Shown piece after piece: positions 58,577-64,000 of a stretch of DNA of 64,000 nt (its first letter is position 1; the number at the start of each line of letters is the position of its first letter). Source of the stretch: Mycobacteriales bacterium (lineage in GTDB: Bacteria > Actinomycetota > Actinomycetes > Mycobacteriales > QHCD01); contig JBBSHJ010000004.1 in assembly GCA_038253135.1 (NCBI GenBank), positions 801 to 64,800 of the forward strand, given 5' to 3'. Under the pieces are notes generated by a model, which saw nothing but the letters and a program-made list of their open reading frames with translations, did no database searches and was not told the origin of the DNA. Made by a program: the position numbers and the translations under genes.

Positions 58577-59748
58577 ACCTTCGCCACCTCGGTCCAGGTC
58601 GAGTCGGCACCGGCGCTGCGCTCGACGGCGGAAAGGACGAGCTGCACCTGCAGCCCGTCGGCGAAGCTCGGAGCGGGATCCGCGGACGTGCCGATCGCCT
58701 CGAGCAGGTCGCGCACCTCGTGGGTGAAGGTGTGCTCGTAGCCGATGATGTGTCCGGCCGGCCACCAGGCGGCCATGTACGGGTGCTCGGGCTCGGTCAC
58801 GAGAATGCGACGGAAACCCGCTTCCGGTGCGGGCAGTGCGGCGTCGAAGAACTCGAGCTCGTCGAGCCGCTCCAGGTCGAAGACGGCCGAGCCGCCGTCG
58901 CCGTTGATCTCCACGCGCAGCCCGTTCTTGCGGCCCTGGGCGAACCGGGTCGCCTCGAATGTCCCGATCGCGCCGCCGTCGAAGCGGGCGGTGAAGAGCG
59001 CCGCGTCGTCGACGGTCACCGCGCCTCTGGCGGTCGCCGAGCCGGTCTCGTTCAGGCCGCCGGTCGACTCCGACCCGGGCAGCGGCCGTTCCTTGATGAA
59101 GGTCTCGGTGATCGCGGAGACGCCGGCGATGCACTGGCCGGTGACGAACTGCGTGAGGTCGACGATGTGCGCGCCGAGGTCGCCGAGCGCGCCGGAGCCG
59201 GCCTTGTCCTTCTGCAGCCGCCAGGCGAGCGGGAATTCCGGGTCGATGATCCAGTCCTGCAGGTACTGCGCCCGCACGTGCCGGATGGTGCCGAGCCGGC
59301 CGTCGGCGATGAGCTGGCGCAGGTAGGCGACGGCCGGGACGCGCCGGTAGTTGAAGGCGACCATGCTGCGTACGCCGTCGGCCCGGGCCTTGTCCGCGGC
59401 GGCGACCATCGCCCGCGCCTCGTCGACGGTGTTGGCGAGCGGCTTCTCGCACAGCACGTGCTTGCCGGCTTGCAACGCGGCGATGGAGATCTCGGCGTGG
59501 CTGTCACCGGGCGTGCAGACGTCGACGAGGTCGACGTCGTCGCGGGCGATCAGCGCGTGCCAGTCGGTCTCGGTGGCGGCATAGCCGAACTTCTTCGCCG
59601 CGGTCGCGACGGCCTCGGCGTTGCGGCCGCAAACCGCCGCCAGCTCGGCCTGCGCCGGCAGGTCGAAGAAGTGATTGGCCGTCCGCCAGGCATGCGAGTG
59701 CACCGCCCCCATGAAGGCGTATCCGACGAGTCCGACTCCGACGCGCAT
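58573..59748 (-). CDS. Gfo/Idh/MocA family NAD(P)-dependent oxidoreductase
   Basis: [14 protein letters not shown] Rossmann N-terminus, VLCEKPLA (EKP motif). Confidence 0.85.
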   Translation of the reverse strand: MRVGVGLVGYAFMGAVHSHAWRTANHFFDLPAQAELAAVCGRNAEAVATAAKKFGYAATETDWHALIARDDVDLVDVCTPGDSHAEISIAALQAGKHVLCEKPLANTVDEARAMVAAADKARADGVRSMVAFNYRRVPAVAYLRQLIADGRLGTIRHVRAQYLQDWIIDPEFPLAWRLQKDKAGSGALGDLGAHIVDLTQFVTGQCIAGVSAITETFIKERPLPGSESTGGLNETGSATARGAVTVDDAALFTARFDGGAIGTFEATRFAQGRKNGLRVEINGDGGSAVFDLERLDELEFFDAALPAPEAGFRRILVTEPEHPYMAAWWPAGHIIGYEHTFTHEVRDLLEAIGTSADPAPSFADGLQVQLVLSAVERSAGADSTWTEVAKV

Positions 59749-59907
59749 ACGGTGATCCCCTCTGGGCGGTTCGCAGGTTGAGGTCCGCTCGATTCGATCA
59801 CGGAGCGGCCGCCGGCCGCCAGCGTCCCGGCCCGACTTCGATCGCCGCTTCCGGACGTTGCAATGCCCTGGCCGGGCTGCCTCGCGACCTGCCGCCTTCT
59901 TCCGTCG

Positions 59908-59923
59908 TGAGAAAACGATTCAC
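59908..59923. promoter_or_regulatory. Operator-like motif TGAGAAAACGATTCAC
   Basis: Contains the same 12-mer GAAAACGATTCA as 55280-55291. Imperfect palindrome cGTGA-N9-TCACg. ~163 nt upstream of the oxidoreductase start. Confidence 0.4.
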
Positions 59924-59955
59924 GGGTACGGCGGAAGGCGGCAGGTCGGGGTGAG

Positions 59956-59985
59956 GTTCACGGGGCGGGGGTTCACGGGGCGGGG
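59956..59985. repeat. 2 x 15-bp tandem GTTCACGGGGCGGGG (four G4-5 runs)
   Basis: Read directly. Lies immediately 3' of the sulfatase stop (59989-59991). Confidence 0.85.
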
Positions 59986-59988
59986 GTG

Positions 59989-61418
59989 TCACCAGAAGGC
60001 TTCCCGGCCCGCCGAGCGGTCTTCGGCGGCGACCAGCACGTCGAGCAGCCGGGCGAGCAGGTCGGCCTTGACCGCCGCGCAGGCGGGGTCGTCCCACCGG
60101 TTGACCAGCTCGTCCGGATCGTCGGCGAGGTCATAGAGCTCGCCGGTCGCCGGCCGTGCCGAGGCCGGCGGGCCGTGGTGCGCGACGAGCTTGTGGGTCT
60201 CGGTCGCCAGCATCGTGACGTGCGCGGCCGGATCGAGCGGGTGCCCGCTGTCGCGGTATTCGCAGACGGCGTACCCGGCTCCCGGTCCGGCGATGACGTC
60301 GCGACCGGTCATCCGGTCCGGCGCGCCCAACCCGGCTGCGGCCAGCAGCGTCGTCGGCAGGTCGAGCAGGGACGCGATCTCGGGGCGTCGTACGCCGGCC
60401 GGCACGTGGCCCGGCCAGCGCAGGATCAGCGGCACCCGGGTCGCGCCCTCGTAGCAGAGCGGGCCCTTCAGCAGCTGGCCGTGATCGCCGAGCATCTCGC
60501 CGTGATCGCTGGTGAAGACGACGAGGGTGTCCTCGGCCAGGTCGAGTCGATCGAGGCTCTGCAGGATCCGCCCGACCTGGTCGTCGATGAGGTCGACCAT
60601 GGCGTAGTAGCGGGCGGTGAATGCGCGGACCTGCTCGGCGGTGTAGTCGAGGAAACCCGGGAGCGCCCCGCCGTAGGTCTCCCGCGACGTCTCGTCCTGG
60701 ATCGCCGGCTTGTGATCGGCGGGGGCGTTCGGCCGGATCGGGGCGGGGAGGTCGGCGTCGCGGTAGCGCTCGACGTACTCGCGCGGAGCGACGAACGGGT
60801 GGTGCGGGTCGAAGATGTTGGCCCAGCAGAAGAACGGCCGGCCCGCCGGCCGGTTCTCGAGGATGTCGATGACCTCGTCCGCGACCCAGGTGGTGAAGTG
60901 CGCCTGGGTGGGCATGTCGTCGTAGGGCCGGGCGTCGAAACCGCCCGGGGCCGGCGGCGGGTCGGCCCACAGCTCGGGATGTTCGCGCTGCAGCCAGCCG
61001 TGGTAGGCGTTCTCCGGCGATCGGTGCGCCGGGTCGTGCGCCCAGGCATAGTGCTCGATGCCGTCGTCGTACCGTGTCTCGGTCCGCCCGCCGTACGCCG
61101 CCGCGAGGTGCATCTTGCCGGCGAGGGCGGTGAAGTAGCCGGCGTCGGCGAGCTGTTTGCTGAAGACCGGCTGGCCCGGCGGCAAAGCGACCCCGTTGGC
61201 CCACAGGCCGTGCCCATGCGGCAGGACTCCGGTCATCATGCTGGCCCGGGCCGGCGCACAGACGGGGCTGGCGGTGTAGCAGCGCTCGAAGAGCGTGCCG
61301 GCGCGGCCAGCCGGTCGATCGCCGGTGTGTGCACGGACGGGTTTCCGTAGGCCCCGAGGGTGTCGTAGCGCTGTTGGTCGGTGCAGACGAGCAGGATGTT
61401 CGGTCGACCGTCGGGCAT
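59989..61418 (-). pseudogene. Cys-type sulfatase interrupted by a single-nt frameshift near 61297-61307
   Basis: N-terminus MPDGRPNILLVCTDQQRYDTLGAYGNPSVHTPAIDRLA is in the frame of track ORF 61236..61562. The rest (GTLFERCYTASPVCAPARASMMTG...) is in the frame of 59989..61452. Span is 1430 nt, not a multiple of 3. Its ATG shares a base with the xylB stop (TGATG). Confidence 0.75.
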
Positions 61419-62851
61419 CAGAAATCCTTGCGTAGCAAGGGAAGCGCGGCATCGCGGACCTGCGCGTACGCCGTCCTGGTGACGCTGTTCAATGACGCTG
61501 TCGGCAGCACGGCCGAGGCCACCGGCCACTCGGGTGGCTCGGCCCCGCCACGTAGGGCCCACGCTGCCTGCCGGGCCGCGCCGCGGGCGACGTACTCCCC
61601 CGGCTCAGGGACGGCGAGCGGCACCCCGAAGAGGGCCGGGGCGAGAGCCTGCACCGCTGCCGATCGGGCCGCCCCGCCGATCAGCACCGCGCGGCGGGTC
61701 ACGACTCCCTGCGCCCGCAGCGCGTCGAGCCCGTCGGCCAGACCGCACAGCATTCCCTCCGTCGCGGCGCGGGCGTAGTGCGCCGGCGTGGACGTCGCGC
61801 GGGTGAGCCCGTAGGCGAGGCCGGTCGCCGCCGGGAGGTCGGGGGTGCGCTCGCCGTCGAGGTACGGGAGGACGACGAGCCCGTCACCATGGGGTGCCTC
61901 GGCGGCCAGCCGGTCGAACGCGGCGATGTCGAGGCCGAGCAGCGCGGCAGCCGCGTCGAGCACCCGGGCGGCGTTGAGCGTGCAGACGAGCGGCAGGAAA
62001 CGGCCGGTGGCGTCGGCGAATCCGGCGACCAGCCCGCTGGGGTCTGCGGTCGGGGCGTCGGCGACCGCGAAGACGGTGCCGCTGGTGCCGAGCGAGATCG
62101 CGACGTCGCCGGGCGCGAGCCCGAGCCCCAGCGCGGCGGCCATGTTGTCGCCCGTGCCGGCGGCGAGGGCGATCCCGGCGGGCACCGCGCCGTCGGGCGT
62201 CGTACCGACCGCCTCCGCCGGGTCGGCGACTCTCGGCACGGCGAGCTCGCGGCGGGCGGCCGCGGCGAGCAGGTCGGCGCGGTAGCTGCCGTCGGCGGGC
62301 GACCAGTATCCGGTGCCCGAGGCATCACCGCGGTCCGTGGTGAGGGCCGAGATGTCGACCGGGCCGCCGCCGGCGCGCAGCCGGGCGGTGAGCCAGTCGT
62401 GCGGCAATGCGACGGCGGCGGTACGGCGTACCGTTTCCGGCTCGTGGTCGGCGACCCACCGCAACTTGGTGACGGTGAAGCTGGCGAGCGGGACCGAACC
62501 GGTCGCGGCCGCCCACGCATCGGGCCCGCCTCGCTCGTCGACCAGGGCCGTCGCGGCGGCGGCGGAGCGGGTGTCGTTCCACAGCAGCGCGTCGCGCACG
62601 ACGGCACCGTGCGCTTCGAGCAGGACCATGCCGTGCTGCTGGCCGCCGACCGCGATGGCCTCGACGCCGTCCAGGATGCCGTCCGAAGCGGCCAGAAAGG
62701 CCCGCCACCAGATCTCCGGATCGATCTCGGAGGTGTCGGGGTGGGACGCCTTGCCCTCCCGCAAGATCGCGCCGGTGTCGGCATCGCAGACGACGACCTT
62801 CGTGGACTGGGTCGAGCAGTCGACCCCGGCGACGAGCGGCATGCGGCCCAT
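61418..62851 (-). CDS. xylB: Xylulokinase (FGGY family)
   Basis: VAGVDCSTQSTKVVV, GGQQHGMV, LLWNDTR, GTGDNMAAALG. Start at ATG 62851 or 62842. Confidence 0.88.
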   Translation of the reverse strand: MGRMPLVAGVDCSTQSTKVVVCDADTGAILREGKASHPDTSEIDPEIWWRAFLAASDGILDGVEAIAVGGQQHGMVLLEAHGAVVRDALLWNDTRSAAAATALVDERGGPDAWAAATGSVPLASFTVTKLRWVADHEPETVRRTAAVALPHDWLTARLRAGGGPVDISALTTDRGDASGTGYWSPADGSYRADLLAAAARRELAVPRVADPAEAVGTTPDGAVPAGIALAAGTGDNMAAALGLGLAPGDVAISLGTSGTVFAVADAPTADPSGLVAGFADATGRFLPLVCTLNAARVLDAAAALLGLDIAAFDRLAAEAPHGDGLVVLPYLDGERTPDLPAATGLAYGLTRATSTPAHYARAATEGMLCGLADGLDALRAQGVVTRRAVLIGGAARSAAVQALAPALFGVPLAVPEPGEYVARGAARQAAWALRGGAEPPEWPVASAVLPTASLNSVTRTAYAQVRDAALPLLRKDF

Positions 62852-63062
62852 CGTGGCAGAGCGTCGTACGGCCGTCTCGATGACCCGTAATGCAGCGGCG
62901 CTGATCCCGGTGCGGGGCGACCGCCGCGTCAGGCGCTGGCCGGCCGAGGGCGAGAGATTTGCCGTGCCGACGGACGCTTGCATAACCATGCGACCTGGCA
63001 TTGGGTGAACCGACTCGAACGGGTGCTCGAGGCAGCGACCGCGCGCCGAGAGTCAGGATGCC

Positions 63063-63089
63063 CCGCAAGGGGATCCGCTGCTGCGACAC
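63063..63089. repeat. Left copy of 27/28-bp direct repeat CCGCAAGGGGATCCGCTGCTGCGACAC
   Basis: Compared by eye with 63756-63783: one mismatch and one 1-nt indel. Confidence 0.8.
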
Positions 63090-63127
63090 ATTAGTGAGTA
63101 TCGTGAGTGGTGTGACTCGGTTGAAAC

Positions 63128-63346
63128 GTGTACCTTCCGGACGAGCTCGCGGCGGAGGCCAAGAAGGCGGGCTTGAACCTGTCGGCGGTGACGCAGGAAG
63201 CCGTCAGACGAAGCCTTGCCTCGCGCTCCACCGATAACTGGCTGGCCGCACTTGCGACGACGACACCTTCTGAGCGAGTGCCTCATGATCGTGCCCTGGA
63301 GGCACTTGACGCCGCGCGGGACGAGCCTCCAACGCATCATGGCTGA
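63128..63346 (+). CDS. Ribbon-helix-helix antitoxin (VapB-like)
   Basis: VYLPDELAAEAKKAGLNLSAVTQEAVRRSL is a typical RHH antitoxin N-terminus. 72 aa. Confidence 0.65.
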   Translation: MYLPDELAAEAKKAGLNLSAVTQEAVRRSLASRSTDNWLAALATTTPSERVPHDRALEALDAARDEPPTHHG

Positions 63347-63726
63347 AGCTGTCGGTCGATGCGTCCGCCCTTGTCGATCTTCTGCTGGGCAACGAACTAG
63401 GTGGCGCTGTTCGCCGGCGGATTGCCGGCCACACCCTGCATGCACCCGCTCACATCGATGCCGAAGTTCTCTCAGCGTTGGGGCGGTTACACCGGGCCGG
63501 CCACCTTGAGGCCGACAGTGTCGAGTCTAAGCTTCACGAACTCGCCGCAGCTCCCATCCAGCGCCACCCGGTAGCCGATCTTCTCCTCGGGACCTGGGCC
63601 CGACGCCACCAGCTACGGCTGGTCGACGCGCTGTACGTGCAGCTGGCCGTATCCCGGAACGCGCCGCTGGTCACCACCGACCGTCGACTGCACGTCGCGC
63701 CCTCCGCAGACATCGTGGACACCTGA
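63343..63726 (+). CDS. PIN-domain toxin (VapC-like), non-canonical start
   Basis: My translation upstream of track ORF 63478..63726 in the same frame: LKLSVDASALVDLLLG..HAPAHIDAEV..LVDALYVQLA..LVTTDRRL (PIN acidic positions). The only initiator candidate at full length is CTG 63343, overlapping the antitoxin stop (CTGA). Confidence 0.6.
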   Translation: MKLSVDASALVDLLLGNELGGAVRRRIAGHTLHAPAHIDAEVLSALGRLHRAGHLEADSVESKLHELAAAPIQRHPVADLLLGTWARRHQLRLVDALYVQLAVSRNAPLVTTDRRLHVAPSADIVDT

Positions 63727-63755
63727 GCCTGCTGGTCATGCCTGCGATGTGATCG

Positions 63756-63783
63756 CCGCAAGAGGATCCGCTGGCTGCGACAC
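63756..63783. repeat. Right copy of direct repeat CCGCAAGAGGATCCGCTGGCTGCGACAC
   Basis: See left copy. Begins 30 nt after the toxin stop. Confidence 0.8.
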
Positions 63784-64000
63784 TGCTCGCCACGCTCGAT
63801 GATGTGTGTGCTGGTGCGGTTGGGGCCTTTCGCCGAGAGGGTCTACATACCCCGTGGGTTCCGGCGCATGTTTTCGGTTCGGTCGAGCGGATTGACGCCG
63901 GTCCGTCTTCGGATCGGGAACACTCCGTTCACTTGTTGATGGTGATCCAGCTCGGATTCCAGAATTCCTTCACCCCTGGTCAGGCTGGATAGCCATCGCT

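Noticed and set aside
57413-59452. 679-aa ORF as listed in the track
   Set aside because: Xylose isomerase homology begins at MTDTWNP (ATG 58576), which overlaps the stop of the oxidoreductase. The N-terminal 290 codons lie out of frame over that gene.
51418-63001. Sulfatase/GH172/xyl locus as a tRNA-Asn-integrated genomic island
   Set aside because: The locus abuts the 5' end of the tRNA, not the 3' end where elements integrate. No integrase or tRNA-fragment direct repeat was seen, and GC content looks like the rest of the chromosome.
63804-63992. 62-aa plus-strand ORF, plus a possible minus-strand partial ORF entering from the window end (stop near 63841)
   Set aside because: Neither translation shows a motif I recognise, and the window ends before the minus-strand frame can be judged. 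Left unannotated.

Overview
This is a high-GC (~70%) actinobacterial chromosome segment. All calls come from reading the six-frame track and the DNA; no searches were run. No rRNA, CRISPR, transposase or integrase was seen.

**Left third.** A seven-gene Mrp antiporter cluster in Mbh-like order (E-F-G-DUF4040-B-C-D) comes first. It is followed by conserved core that matches the gene order I remember for Mycobacterium tuberculosis Rv3214-Rv3228: histidine phosphatase, GNAT, membrane protein, DAG-kinase-like, whiB1, pdtaS, then rshA-sigH, SRAP, aroA, rsgA. Between pdtaS and rshA sits ~8 kb of accessory DNA. It ends in decaying genes: a frameshifted anti-sigma-like gene, a low-GC islet with a trypsin-like protease stump, and a GH125 pseudogene.

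**Middle.** pxpABC, a DUF1707/LiaF-like gene facing a 3'-truncated sensor-kinase-like ORF, a sulfatase, an L,D-transpeptidase, an M15 peptidase, and a 1,869-aa single-chain biotin carboxylase-BCCP-carboxyltransferase.

**Right third.** tRNA-Met with a vapC stump, a RIO kinase, and an asymmetric heterodimeric ABC exporter pair separated by a 4 x 39-bp MIRU-like tandem repeat, then tRNA-Asn. Next comes the most unusual part, a tightly packed minus-strand locus. It mixes xylA/xylB with two Cys-type sulfatases, two GH172 (DUF2961) paralogues, a Gfo/Idh/MocA oxidoreductase plus TIM-barrel pair and a CE7 esterase, and it carries a shared 12-nt operator-like motif. The window ends with a vapBC-like cassette bracketed by 27/28-bp direct repeats.

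**Caveat.** Several genes carry indel-type disruptions. These could be real decay or assembly errors.
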